This document shows, in pieces, positions 42,824 through 58,229 of a stretch of DNA of 64,000 nt (its first letter is position 1; every line of letters begins with the position of its first letter). Under the pieces are notes generated by a model. The model saw only the letters and a list, made by a program, of their open reading frames with translations. It did no database searches and was not told where the DNA came from. The position numbers were made by a program, and so were the translations under genes. Origin of the DNA: Chrysomallon squamiferum (taxonomy: Eukaryota > Animalia > Mollusca); contig CM022670.1 in assembly GCA_012295275.1 (NCBI GenBank), forward strand, positions 25,110,001 to 25,174,000, in the 5' to 3' direction.

Positions 42824-43729
42824 ATGATTAAAGTCAAAAATAGCATGTACAAATACTGTTAAAAATAATAGTTAGCAAATAAAAATTGAAATATTTAAAA
42901 CAAACTGAGAATAAAATATATTATTATTATTTAACAGGGAAAAAATAGGACAAAAAACAACAAGCTGAGATTAATAATAAAACATAGTTATTATTAAATA
43001 ACGGAGGGTAAAATGTAAACGAATAATAAAAAATCTTCTAATATTAATTGTTACCGTTTCTATTTTAACAATAAAGCACGTAGGTTAAACAAACAAACTA
43101 TTATTTGTCGAATGTAATATAAAAATAATTATAGACAAGCATATATATATATATATATATATATATATTCTTTCTTTCATAACATTCATTTTAGTACAAT
43201 CGATTTCTTTGGACTAAAACTGTGATGAATGAACGTTTTTCGAATTGAACGTTAAGATGTTTATGAAATACTACTACTACTACTACTACTACTACTAATA
43301 ATAATAATAATAATTATACTAATACTAATACTACTACTAATAATAATAATTATAATAATAGCGATGATGAAGAAGAAAAAATCTAAGTAATATTTATATA
43401 ATTTTTTTTAGTTTGAAAATTAAAATCGACACGTTTATTATCATCATCATCATTTTTATAAAGCAGTTTAAATAGCATCAATTTTATAATATGATACTTC
43501 TTATGATATAATGATGATGGTAATAATAATAATAATTATAATGATAATAATGATAATATATTAGGTCATTACTTTTCGTATGTTATACGTTCAGATCCGA
43601 AAGATAATTATGTGTGAATTACGTATTTACTTAATAAATAAAAAATAAAAATAATAACAGCAGCAGGAACAAAAATAATATTGTTATTGATGTTGTGGTT
43701 GTTGTTGTTTTTATTATTATTATTATTAT

Positions 43730-43779
<50 letters not shown>

Positions 43780-44021
43780 TTACACGATCATCACCAATAT
43801 GATGATGATTAATAATATTTTCTTCTTCTTCTTTTTTTCTTATTATTACTCTACGTAAGTAGTTGCACCAAAAGCAGTCAACTTATAAGTATTAAATAAA
43901 GTGAAAATAATACAGTATACAAAAGGAAATTTATAAAAACAAAATTAAACAGGTTACTACACCTCTAATGTCACTGTCTTGTGTTCTCCTAGAAAGAAAG
44001 GAAAGCAAAAAAAAATATATA

Positions 44022-44072
<51 letters not shown>

Positions 44073-44799
44073 TAAAATTTTCCTTAAAATTTGACCTTCA
44101 GATTATGCAGTCGTTTTGAAAACTGTAACAGGCTGAGTATAATTTACACGAAATGCCGCAAGTATTTCTTATTTCGGTGTTTTTCTGATTTTGGAATGTA
44201 AGGAGATAAACTGAGAATAGGATCTAAGTCTAAACACACATTCCGTTTATATTTCATTTACAGTTTATACTGATACCCTGCATGATTTTTAAAAACTGTA
44301 ATATTTTTGATAATTTGGTTCATGAAATAAACTTTGTTGTGTGCAAAATGATCCGAAATTTATAACATATCCCCATTTCGCCTGCACGGGAAGAAGTTTC
44401 TGTATTAAAATAAAAATAAAAATAAAACAAAACAAAATAGCAAAAAAGAGATTCAAGAACAAAAGATATTACGTCTACACCAAACTGTAGTTTGAATATT
44501 AATAAAGAAGTTAAGGAAACAAATAAAAATACTTTTGAATCTGTAATTTAATGGAAAAGAATAATTTTATGTTCATAGCAAGAAATGTGTTAAGAAAAAT
44601 TGTTAGTAAACAAAAAAAATAAAAATAAAAAAATAAACAAAAATAAGGAGAAAAATAAATTATTTTCAAAATATTTAACAGTTTTCTTTATTAATAACGA
44701 AACAGTACTTTTGCTTTTGAATATATATATATCTGTATTACTGGAAATGCCATAACTATATGAAAAACAAAAATATGGAAATTATGACGTATTTTTCTA

Positions 44800-45440
44800 G
44801 AACCTGATAGCGCACACAGACACGAAAATCAGTGGAAACCAGAAAGTAATGGTCCGCGAGCTAGACGCAAATTAATGGCGGAAAATTTTGCGTATCATTT
44901 TTCAACAATTACGAGCGACGCAAGCGAAAGCAGACATTACTTGAGTCAGAGCAGACGATAATGGCTGCCGTGCGGTAACAAATATATAATAAAGAGAGGC
45001 CCTCGTCAGCTTTATTAATGACCTGTATTTTACTAACTGAAACACACTAAACTGATTACTGCAGATACCATCATCTCGCGGAGTTCTCCGAGAGTCGTTG
45101 AGCGGGGAAACGAAATACCTCTTTTTAGTACGGACGAGAATTCGATTGTTTCCGACGGGTATCGACAATAACCAGATGTCTTCCTCGAATTATCTAATTT
45201 TCCTGGGGTCGTCAAATCGTTCCATTTCTCCCATTTTCAGCCCACGAATAAAGAGAAACAGACCATGTTGGGGGAATTTATTTGATAAATGGACGATAAA
45301 TAAATAACAGGGATTGTCGATCATGTATCGATTGTGCAGGGAACGACGTTCTTGGTGAAATAAATCCCGCGGCTGGAATACTAATCGTAACTTTCCGCCG
45401 GCAAACACTATTCGTTCCTCTCTACAGGAATTAATAGACA
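44800..45440. promoter_or_regulatory. Candidate intronic enhancer of Phox2
   Basis: Repeat-free CpG-rich island ~2 kb before the homeobox exon. Confidence 0.4.
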
Positions 45441-45634
45441 GAAAAATTATGGAATAAAATGTTTTTTTTTTTTTCTTTCTTTCTTTACTTTTCTTTTATG
45501 TCTTTCTTTCTTTCTTTTTTTTTTTTTTTTTTTTTTTTTTGAAAGGAAATATTTAGAAATTACAGGACGAAGAAGATAAAAAAAAAAAAAAGTTATATGA
45601 TATTTTCGAGATATGAAAACAAAAAAGTTATATG

Positions 45635-45699
<65 letters not shown>

Positions 45700-46217
45700 A
45701 ATTATCATTATCATCATTTGAACAGTTTAAATAGCATAATATAGATATGATGCTATTTTGAAATACGATTCTTGCCTTTGATATAAAAATGACGATAGTG
45801 AATATAACAGTAATAATTACAATCATGGTGATGATGATGATAATGATGATGATAAAGAAAAAAAAAAAAACAAAACAACAACACTTTCAGTAGAAATCTT
45901 TACTACTTTGTTGTTTTATTACAATACGAAGCTAACATAACAGAGTAGTAACGAACATTTGTTTTCTTTGTTTAAAATAGAAATATAACAAAGGATGCTG
46001 TTTCCATTTTATATTTTAAAATATAAAAACGTTAATGGTATTTTGCTTAGTTTAAAATTAAAATAAATTGTTTCATCTACAGAAATGATATGGTGAAGAT
46101 GATGATCATAGCAAAAATACATTTTTATTTACTCGACATTTCCATTTAAATGCATGTTGATAAATGGTATTATTTATGACAAATTTTTAATATTTTTAAA
46201 TATTTAATTTAATCGTC

Positions 46218-46249
<32 letters not shown>

Positions 46250-46888
46250 TATAATAAATAAAACGACGATGACAATATTAAGAAAAGAACGAAATTTTAC
46301 AAATATTTTGTGCTATTTTTAAAACGAGAATAAAATAAAATAAAATACGTGATATGTAAAGATTAATATTGTTTCAGGTATTTTCGGACAAGGGGATCAG
46401 TCTAGGGCAGGTCACATCAGAGGTGAGTGCGTCACTTTATCTACGTTCGTTTATATTACATTTATTTTTATGTACAATTATTTTCCTTTACTAAATCTGA
46501 ATTTTAATTTATTTCCATAAAATATATAGCTCCACTTGAGTTTCCATTTTTTTAAAAATTATAATTATGTCTCCATGTTAATTCCACTTGAATTTCCATT
46601 TTATTCTGTACTATATTTACGTCTTCATATTAAATACAACAAAATATAATTTATTCTGTATTGGCTGTCATTAAATAGTTTTCTCGCATATGCTGAATTA
46701 ACCGGAATTTGGATAAAAGAAATTGTAGTAGTTGTAAAACACACATACATACTTTCAGATGAATATGCACATACACAGAGAAATACTTATACAAAATGAC
46801 GCAAATACAAGCATTCGCACACATAAACAAACTCATTCGTATCCTGAAAGACGTACACATATAAACAAAATGCACGGTAACCAAATAA

Positions 46889-47356
<468 letters not shown>

Positions 47357-48031
47357 TAATTTTATACCCTGTACGTGCAGGTTGACTGTTTTATCTTTTA
47401 ATGGGATCAAACGTCTGCTAAAATGAAGTATGACCGTAATATTAGAAGTCTTAAAATTACATCTTACTTTCATTTACGATCACATTACGTATGCAGAAAT
47501 TTGAAATAAAAATACAAGACAGTAACAATGAATAGAATACACAATATACATTTCTAGTTGTCCATCGCTTGCAACTGTTGTTTTTATCCAAATGATATTT
47601 GTACCTGACTGGCACAATTGCTATGTAGTGTAATCAAATTTAAGAATTTTACCACATGGTGCTGAAGTCTGGTTTATTAATAGCATCATGTCACTATACA
47701 GTTTACTAATAAAGACAACGTTAGAGAAGAAGTTGCAAATCATTTTATTTATTCTTTAAGACAGTGACATTAACATGTTGTTCAGTTGAGTGTGATCCTA
47801 GAGTGTCTGACAGAAACGGATTTGCTTGATTTTTTTTTTTTACATAAGAAACTTCGCGACTGATTAGGATAAAATTAATAATACATAAAGACTGATATTG
47901 TAATTAAATCAGTTATCGTCATTTCTTCATCATCATCATCAACATCATAGACATTCTTATTGTTGTTGTTGTTGTTGTTGTCTTTGTTGTTGTTGTTGTT
48001 ACTATTATTATTATTATTATTATTATTACAG

Positions 48032-48224
48032 GTATGGTTCCAGAATCGCCGGGCAAAATTCCGAAAGATGGAAAGAATGAAACAACAGCAGACGTCACAG
48101 CAGAACGGCACGTCAAAGGAATCAAACACCAGCAACAACTCGAGCAGCAGCAACAACAACAATAACAACAACAACAACAACAACCTGAACAAAGATAAAT
48201 CAAAATCCATGGAAGAAACAACAG
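48032..48224 (+). CDS. Phox2: Phox2 coding exon 3 (helix 3 end, poly-Asn tract)
   Basis: Encodes VWFQNRRAKFRKMER (Q50), following the PRD-class intron between homeodomain codons 46/47; donor CAG|GTAAGG, phase 1. Confidence 0.95.
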
Positions 48225-49531
48225 GTAAGGTTCTTTTACTGCTGTCGTACGTAAGAATTTCAGTAGCTGCACTGGTAACATCGGAACTCGCAGTATTTTT
48301 AATGGCAGCTGTAGTGAGTGTCACAGAATGTTGAATTTCTTGGCAGTATCGTTTGACTTAACTGCACTAGCAGCAGAGGTAGTTAGTAGTAGTATTTGTA
48401 GTATTATAGTACATACTAGCAGTAATAGCAGTTGTTGTAATAACATACGTGCTGACAGTAGAAGAGGTGCATGATAACTTGCTGATTGTAATATAAATAA
48501 AATATAGTTTTTCATCGATAACTTTGTCTCTATCATTACAAGCACTGTACAGATCGTTGTTTATTTAATTACAACTATCCATTAACTGCTAATATACTTC
48601 ATGTTGATTGGTTATAATCAAATAAATAATATTTCCAACCACTCTGTGATATATAATACTGTACAAGACATCATACACTTAAACGCATTTATTTCTATTT
48701 TTGATTACTGGTATTGTTTTCTGTCATTATTTTATTATCATCTTTTTTATATTTGTTTTGCTTGTTTCTTTATGCTAAATAGTAATTTTTTGTTTTAATA
48801 TACATCATTATAATCAAAAGTGGAACTGCAATACATTTTAGAATATAAAACAATATTTTTCAAAAGTAGGAAAAGCAACGACTGAAATATTTAAACTTCC
48901 CTTTAGTCATATAAGCTATTACATAAACGTTGGGTATCTGTATAGCCATCATTTAATAGCATTTTCTATAAATAACTAAATTTAAATATCGCAAGACAAT
49001 TAACAATTAATGATACTGAACATATAATGTCATTTGTTTGCGGAGTTACGTCGATCAGGAATATTAAATTCTTTAAATGACTGAAAGTATTTCGAATATC
49101 TAAATCTGGTTTATGGTTTCATAAGGAAAAGATATTTCAGTGACTGACTTTCTAATAAATTATTAACTGAGTGGAAATAATAATGTTCTACAAATTATTG
49201 ACCTAGTAAATAATTTAAATAATTATTTCGCCTTTTCACTATTTCAAATTTCTCAAATTTCCTGTCCGACAAAAACGCGTCCGCGAACTCACACACACAC
49301 AGACTGATAGACAGACACATATGAACGCATACTCGCATAAACACAAGTCCAAGACATACCGACATATATACATATATACAAACGTACACATACAGAGACG
49401 AAAGCACATACACATACACATATACACGCACACAATAAATTTAAGTATTAACAAAAAACGAGCTTTTGTATCTTTTGGCTTAATGCTCCGCTTTACAATA
49501 AGCAAAATAAACACTTAATAAATTATTTTAA

Positions 49532-49587
<56 letters not shown>

Positions 49588-50358
49588 TAAACAAATGATA
49601 GATAAAATTATCAGATAAATGAAAATTCCGCAAAATGTAAGTATTACTGCATGTTCGTTATACCAAAACAGTAATGGATTTTTTTTTTTTTAAGCCAGCA
49701 CTAGTCAGTTTTGTTCTGTTTTGCTAGATAATTATTCTTTCTTCTAAGTTTAAGTAAATTTTAATTTTGCAGAATTGAAACTGGCTATGCTATGATGTCT
49801 GTAGTAAGGTAATTTTCTAATCATTATTTTGCACGTTTATCCTCTGTGTATTTTTTAAAACTAAAATCTCAGAGTATATTTGTCTAATAAATTTATCCCT
49901 TCTTTTTTTTTTTTTCTAAATTCAGTTAAAAATTAATTTTAATACAAATAATTAAATAATAATCTATTTTAACTCAGTATAATATCTTTGAACACATCAC
50001 ATTCCCCTCCCCATTTCTGACAATATATTGTTTACTGAAATTATTTGGTTGTAATTTTGCATGAATGCTTAAAAGCACCTGTTTATCGTTTGTTTTATTT
50101 GCTTGAGCTTACCAGCTTTCAAACACCAACAACACAATACCCCAGTTCAGTTGCAGTAAACCGAACATTCTCAGTATTGTTTGTATTACAAATACACGTA
50201 CATCGATAGTCTAGAAACAAAAACCATTGTTAGAATTATAACTTTAATTAAACAAAACAAAATTAGTACTTTTATGCATAAAAATTTGTTTATCACAGCA
50301 TATCACAAAAATTATTTTTATAATCAAGTCAATTGTTTTAAGGAAATGTATCAAATAA

Positions 50359-50439
<81 letters not shown>

Positions 50440-50558
50440 AAGGTTTCACTGTGTTTAAATCGCCTTCATGACAGACAGCAGACTGATACACAGTTTTAAT
50501 TGTAGTTAAAAAGAACATGTTAAAAAAAAAAATATATATATATCTTTCTATATTTCAG

Positions 50559-50755
50559 TGAAGAACGAAAACTCAAAATGGAATAGCCCTCCCCCACAAG
50601 CCATAAACAAAAGTAACAGCCAAATCCAGCACCAAACAACGCCGCCATCTTTGCACGGGCCGTATTCTGGAGTGCTCGGTCCATCAGAGGCTCAGTACAG
50701 TCAAATGTCTTCCTTGGACAAACCTGGTCACGTGGCGTCCGGGCTACTCTTCTGA
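50559..50755 (+). CDS. Phox2: Phox2 probable coding exon 4 (last)
   Basis: Acceptor tttctatatttcag; the phase-1 join gives VKNENSKWNSPPPQ...GHVASGLLF*. Pro/Ser-rich, GC-elevated and in the correct frame. Confidence 0.8.
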
Positions 50756-51707
50756 AAAAAAAAAAAAAAAAAAAAGATTCATAAATGAACCAAAAAAAAA
50801 AAAAAAAAAAAAGTAATAAAAAAAAAATCGCTAAAAGCATGTGAGAGAAGAAAGTAGACAAAATAGAAAAAAAAAAAAAAAAAAAAAAAAAAATGAAAAA
50901 AAAAAAAAAAAAAATGAAATAGAAGAGGAAGACATTCTGAAAGTATTTTATGCTTTATGGTTGTGTTTAGTGAACTGGATTATTAAGATATAACAATATG
51001 CATGTCATTCAAGACAATTATCTCTCTTTAGCAAGTTTTTTTTTTTTTTTTTAAAATTATTATGTTAACGACAAAAACGACTCCGTTAAATGTGTTACAA
51101 ATTTTAAAATTATAGAAAAAAGGGACAACGAAGAAGATAAAAATAATACTTTTCTATAACAATGCAGGATGATATTTAAAAACTCCAGCTGGATGTTCAA
51201 GCACGGAAGCTGTGGCGTGAAATCAGATACTCAGAGCTAGTCTAAGACAAATTGCATCCTTGTCCAAGAACTATAAATAAAACAGTATTAAATTCTTCAA
51301 ACATTTACGTTTATTCAGCAAGGATCTCTGTTACGAATGCATGCTTATGAAGATGTTTTTATTTTAAAAGTAGGCTATTGATGTTTTGTGTTTGTATGTA
51401 ACTGTATCTTATGAGTTTGGTCAGGATCTTCCAGTCAGGTATAAATCTCAGTGTACATCATTATATTTGGAATACATTTCTTTTAATATGACTTCCAACA
51501 TTTGCCATATTGTACATAAAACACTGTTCATATCAGTATTATTTGAAAATAGATTCACAGTATTAAAAAAACTTTTCATCCTGTACTTTGTTATGTATTT
51601 TGGAAACACCGACTCGTATATATATGTAATATAATGTTTAGTATTGAAAACATGGGTAAAACGAATAATTAATTATATTTCACGTAATTCTGACTCCTGG
51701 TCGTGTA

Positions 51708-51713
51708 AATAAA
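51708..51713 (+). terminator. Candidate polyadenylation signal for Phox2
   Basis: AATAAA at the end of a ~0.8 kb repeat-poor UTR-like stretch; other AATAAA hexamers occur nearby. Confidence 0.3.
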
Positions 51714-52038
51714 ATTTAACATCAGAGACTTCGTCTACAAAAGAACATTTGCATCATACGTCATTAACAATACAGCAAAATAAAACAACAAACAAAGCAA
51801 AAAAAAATCCTTGTACTTTACAAACACACGTATCTGATATATGTATGTATGCATGTATGTATGTATTTATGTGTGTGTATGTTTGTGTGTCTATATATTT
51901 CAGATGTATATTTATGTATATTGTGCTTTGCTCGTTTTTAAATTTATAAAAATAATCCGAAAAGGTCGAAAGGAAAAGAGAGAATGATAAAGAGAAACAA
52001 AGAAAGAAAAAGAGACAAACAGATAGATAGTCAGTCAA

Positions 52039-52123
<85 letters not shown>

Positions 52124-53151
52124 TACATATATTTTTTACCATAAAATTATATTTTGCTATTACAGCTAAGGCATTTTCCCCAATTCAGCTTCCTGTTAAA
52201 TTTGGCTATTTACAAAATATTGACATTAAAGAGTATTAATTAAGATGTCTGATGCACTGTTTTGTATGCAGTAACAAAGAAAGAGATGCCAGTGATTCTA
52301 GTCATTATTACGCATACGAAACAGAAAACCCTCAGACAAAAACAAACAATACAATACATTGAATTACGATGACCAAACCAGATTTTTCATTCCTTCTAAA
52401 GTAATTAACAATAAAGACAGAAGAGAAATGAAATACTATTTATTATATTATTATAGTTATTGTTATTGTTATTATCATTATTTTAAATCATTAGAACTGA
52501 AAGATTTTTTTCTATATAGAGATAAAAGAAGAAGAAAAAGAAAAAAAAAAGATTTCAGGTTTGTCTTCTTTTTCCATTCTTTGTAAAAATTTCTTGTTTC
52601 TGGTTTGTCTGGCATTTTTATATATTTCTACCTCACCATTCGACATGCAAATTTGCACTGATTAAAACTATCGTGATATATAGATTTTTGCACAAAGAGA
52701 CCCAAAATAAATAAATAATAAAAATAAATAAACAAAGACAAAGAAACAAATAAAAAAAAAAAAAAAAATCTCCTCATCAAACCAGCCTCAACAGAATTTT
52801 TTTTTTTTCATGTCGAAAGATTTATTTAAATTTTGCAACCTTTTTCTGTATTATGAACTGTTTATAATTTAAAGATAAGCATAACATTTATTATCAGAAA
52901 TGAGTTAATTTATAGATTTCCATCAGAAATAAATAAATAAATAAATAAATAACTTAAAATTAAAATAAAACGCAATAAAAAGATAAATAATAAATAATGA
53001 CAAACTTAAAAAATAAATTACAGAACGAAGAAAATTTTTTTAATAAAACGAAATATTTGCAATTAAATACAAAGGAACTGAAGTATATATATATATTTTG
53101 CCTTTGTGAAATTTCATATATTTTTACCAATGTCAGCTGAAATAGTTTTCA

Positions 53152-53210
<59 letters not shown>

Positions 53211-53411
53211 GTTTTCTTCCTATGGAATGTGGGAGTAACAAAAAAAAAAAAGTTAAAAAAAAAAAAAAAAAAAAATTAAATGAAAAAACCCCTCATTTTG
53301 CACGTCATTAATGTGAATCCATTAATATTGTCATCAAGAAGAACTGTGCTAACTTCAAAACTTGATTCACCCCAGTCTTCCTTCTCTATGTTGTAAAACA
53401 ATCCAATCTGC

Positions 53412-53448
<37 letters not shown>

Positions 53449-53459
53449 TTCCAAAAAAG

Positions 53460-53496
<37 letters not shown>

Positions 53497-54618
53497 AATA
53501 GATTTAAAACAATCAATTAAAATTTAATAAAATAAAACTGAATCAGTGAATTAAATAAAATAAATAAACAGACAAAAGAATGAACGACCATGCAAACGAA
53601 CGACAGAACAGTGAACATAAAATCTGTATACAAATAAATTCACATGCATCAAATATGCTTTACAAACTGACGGAAAATGCAAGCATTTTCCTATAAATCT
53701 TTATTCCACTACACCCCACGGGAATAACATAACAAAGTGAAACGAGTCCAAAAACAGACTTCTATTATACCCTGAAGAAGTTAGCCGAATTAAATCCTAA
53801 CAATAAAGTGTGTAAGAATTGTTTATATCGAATCGTTTTGTTTGAATTGATGCTGAAGTAATTGTTTTGACTGAGGAGAACTGAAATACTGATAGCCGCA
53901 GGTCCTTCGCGACGTGAGATTGAATTTTCACCAGTTTCTGCCACTGTTTTAACTTTTAGCAAATTTACAAATGTCTTCACGTGAAAATTTCATTAGTAAA
54001 TACTTGATTAAATAACACAATCAGCCAGCGTTGATAACAAAGAAAAGTAAAAGTGTCTTAGGATTAAATTTAAAATACATTTTCACCATTACTGTTGCTA
54101 TTAGAATAACAGCAAGATCAACAACGGCGATAACAATGACTACTACTACTGCTAGTAGTGGTACTACTGTTATTACAATTGCCACTACTACTCGAAAATA
54201 ACAATCACAACACAAATCACCCCACCACCACAAACACCACCAGTAAACACTACCACCACCAACAACAACAACTACAGCTACTACTTCCACCGTTTCAACT
54301 ATGATAGACAGATTGTGTTGCTGTTATAAAAATAATAATAAATAAAAATTCGGGCTTTTAGATAAGACAAAAACTGAAAATATAAACAGCTAAAGCATGC
54401 TCAGCGAAAATTCAGTTCAGATTCCTGAGGGTCGCTTGCTTCAGCTCTCTACTGCAGAAATCCGTTAGTAATATTAATACTGTTGAATTGAGTTTAAATA
54501 AATATTCATTCAATGACTTTTCAACAAATACTATTACGATAGTAATGACTTTATTAACAGTATTTAATGATAACAGCGGTAATAGTAATATTAGTAATAA
54601 TTAAACAAAAGCCATGGA

Positions 54619-54656
<38 letters not shown>

Positions 54657-54679
54657 TATTAATAATAATAATAATAATG

Positions 54680-54728
<49 letters not shown>

Positions 54729-55535
54729 TGATGATGATGATGATGATGATAATAATAATAATAGTATTATTATTATTATTATTATTACTATTATAATGAT
54801 GATGACCATAATAATAATGATGATGGTAGTAATAATGATGACGATGATGATGATAATACATTTAAGTACAATTATTATTTATTAAATTATACTAAATTAA
54901 CAAATAAGTGAATTAGTAGTAGTGTAGTAGTAGGAGGAGGAGTAATGATAAATTTAAGTACAGAATATTATAAATTCAATTATACTAATTGAACAAACGT
55001 AATTTACATATCAATATTTTAAAAAATTATTGAGGAAATTACAAAATTCATAAAACAATATAAAATAAATGAAATACTAATGCTATTTATATACGACATT
55101 ATTTTATTAAAATTATATAAAATTATTTTCACATGCGAAACAATAATATGTAATATTATCGTCATTTAGATAAAAAAAATAATAAATGATAAAATAAATA
55201 AATAAATAAATAAGAAATATACAAATAAATAAATAAATAAAAACAAAATTAAATAAATAAAAACCATAAAGAAATTATAATGTTTCAAATTAAATAAGAA
55301 ATAAATAATTTCATGGAACAGTTCTAAAATAAGTATTTTAATACACTTTTTAAAAAAGATATTTAAAATGTTTATAAAAATAAACGTTTTTTACAAGTTA
55401 AAGTGTTTAGAAATTTTTTTTCACTTTTTTTAGTTTTATCGTTTATACTATATTAGATGTTCTTTTAAATTTATCTTAGGATATTTCTAAAACTTAGATC
55501 CATTCCTGAGTTTAAAAAGTTTAATTTCATTTTAA

Positions 55536-55579
<44 letters not shown>

Positions 55580-55647
55580 GATATTATGATGATGGAAATG
55601 CCACTGCTGCTTATGATAATGTTAATAATAATAATAATAATAATAAT

Positions 55648-55682
<35 letters not shown>

Positions 55683-55799
55683 ACTACTAATAATAATAAA
55701 ACGATAAACGAACGAATGAATAATATTATTATACTTTATTTTATTTATTTATTTATTTATTTATTTATTTTTTTTTGCAAGGGTGCGTGTGTGTTTTAT

Positions 55800-56440
55800 A
55801 TTTAATTGTCTTGACGCCCATTAGCTGCAAACAAACGACGGGAGGGCGAACTGTTTTTTTTTTTTTTTTTTTTGCATTCCTTCAACAAACTCCGAATTTA
55901 ACCAGATGACAGCATTTGGCCTCTTCGGAACGAAACTCGATTTATTTGCAATCAGTGAACAAAATATACATTTGTCCATTGTATTCGCTCACATCAAAGC
56001 ATTTCTGCGAAAGCCTGGAGATTTGAATGAGACGCGATAGTTGTCTGCCGAAACAAGGGATTAATCTCCGGCACGTGCACCCGTGGGGGGGCAGTCGCGC
56101 GCGTCTCGGCGGCCCCTCCACGAGAGCAGCGCGAGGAAAGCAGGTGGCCGGGGCCGCTACGTTGCCCGCTATGTAAGTTTAATCATTTTTGTTGTCGGCT
56201 AATCGGGTTAAAATCGATCGGAATCCGCCAATAATGAGGTTGTAGATTTCCCCGGCGAATTTCGCAAACACCGTTGACGAGTCTTCTGACACGGAGTTTT
56301 CAAACGCTCGTCGATTTTTAAATTATCCAAGTTTTCCCGAACAAACATATATCGAAAGCGCGTGATATACGGTCCCAAACTGCGCCTTGTTCGGTGCAAA
56401 GCGAGCGCCGCGAGACGAAGGCTTTTTACGTGTGAAGTTT
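55800..56440. promoter_or_regulatory. Candidate downstream enhancer (among the most GC-rich non-coding blocks)
   Basis: CpG-dense core with GGATTAATCT, GGCACGTGCA and CAGGTG; no credible ORF. Confidence 0.4.
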
Positions 56441-56881
56441 TCCTAGCAGAAGATATATATATATATATATAGTGCGCGAAATAATTTCAGGCAGTCGATG
56501 GAAATTGCACTCTTATTCAAACATTTGACATCCAGAGGAATTGGATTATAAATATTTATCGATAGTGTCATGATAATAATAATAATTATTATAAATCGAT
56601 ACATTTTTCAAAACGAAATGATAAAACGTTATTTAAATCTTGTTGGATGTCACATTCGGACCAAATATTCATTTAAATATTTAAATTTTAATTACTTGTA
56701 TATAATATACGTTAATGTGTTTGGCAATTGCATTTGAATTATCAAGGTAGGGTTATTTGTTAAAGCAGCTTGATTACAATTAAAATTAATGATATCAAAT
56801 GATCCACGTTGCCTACACGAGGGATTATAATTGTACTGGGTAATCGTTTTCTTTAAGTATGTGCATCTCATCTAATCTCTC

Positions 56882-56976
<95 letters not shown>

Positions 56977-57651
56977 TTTTGAGAGATAGATCAAGAGAGA
57001 GAGACAGAGAAAAAGTCAGAGGCACTGGAAGAGAGAATGTGAATACCTAAATGTGTTTAAATGATTTTATTATATAAAATTTATTGTTAGTTTGTCTGTA
57101 TAAGCCACTTCAATGTTTTTAGCATTAAAAAAGATATTAAGTAGGTTTTATGTTATAGAAAATAATTTTTGTGTAAGAAATATACTATAAATATACCAAG
57201 TTTTACTTTTTCAATGGATTCATTCTCTCATTTGCATTTATTATACTACATTTATATTTGAAATCAATCATTTTCTTTTTGTTGTTTATAAGCTGTTGAA
57301 CTAGAGATTAATTTTTCAAGGTATCTTTGTTTAAAATCTTGGAAATGTAATTTTGATAAAATACATGAAAATAATAAAATTAATTCTGTGATACTGAGCG
57401 TATTATATTTTATTTCAGAATGTTTGTACCAGCCCCTATCTCTGTGAGAAGATAATGAAAAGCCATGAAATATAACAACAAGTAACAAACAATTCTCACT
57501 TAAAGAAAAAGTTAAACGGATAGATGTTTAGAATACAAGCTGTAGGATGTCCCAATATGTGATAACATTACTGTCTGCCAGTAGATTGTGTTATTAAAAT
57601 TAATTTATTTTTGTATATACACTTTGGGATGATCTGATATGTTCACTGGTA

Positions 57652-57712
<61 letters not shown>

Positions 57713-58229
57713 GCTACTGCAACTTCAGTTACATTTGCTACTACTTATATTACCACTACTATTGCTACTACATTTGCTGTCACTACTAAAAAGAAGTATA
57801 TTACTGCTAATATTTCCACTACTATTTGCTGTCACTACTAAATTAATATTAATATTACCATAACTACTTCTTTTATTACTACTACTGCTATTACTGCCTC
57901 TATTAATATTATACTCTTAATATTACCATAACTACTTCTTTTATTGCTAATACTAATATTACTACCGCTACTACTATTAGTTTTATTAGTCCCCTGTTAT
58001 TATTGTTGTAATACTACTACTACTTCTACTACTAATATTACTTCTGCTACTATTACTATCATTACAACTATTATTATTGCTCCATGAATATTACACCACT
58101 AATACAAACATATCTCGTATCCTTATTTTTTTGCACCGTTATAACAAAAAGTTACAGCTTCGTACTGATCCTGGAAGTAAATTTATTTCCACCACATAAA
58201 AGTGTTTATCAAAGAGAGAAACACACACA

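Noticed and set aside
50756-50776. Poly-A directly after the Phox2 stop as a sign of a retrocopy
   Set aside because: The gene has introns and genomic A-runs are ubiquitous here; it may only cause internal oligo-dT priming.
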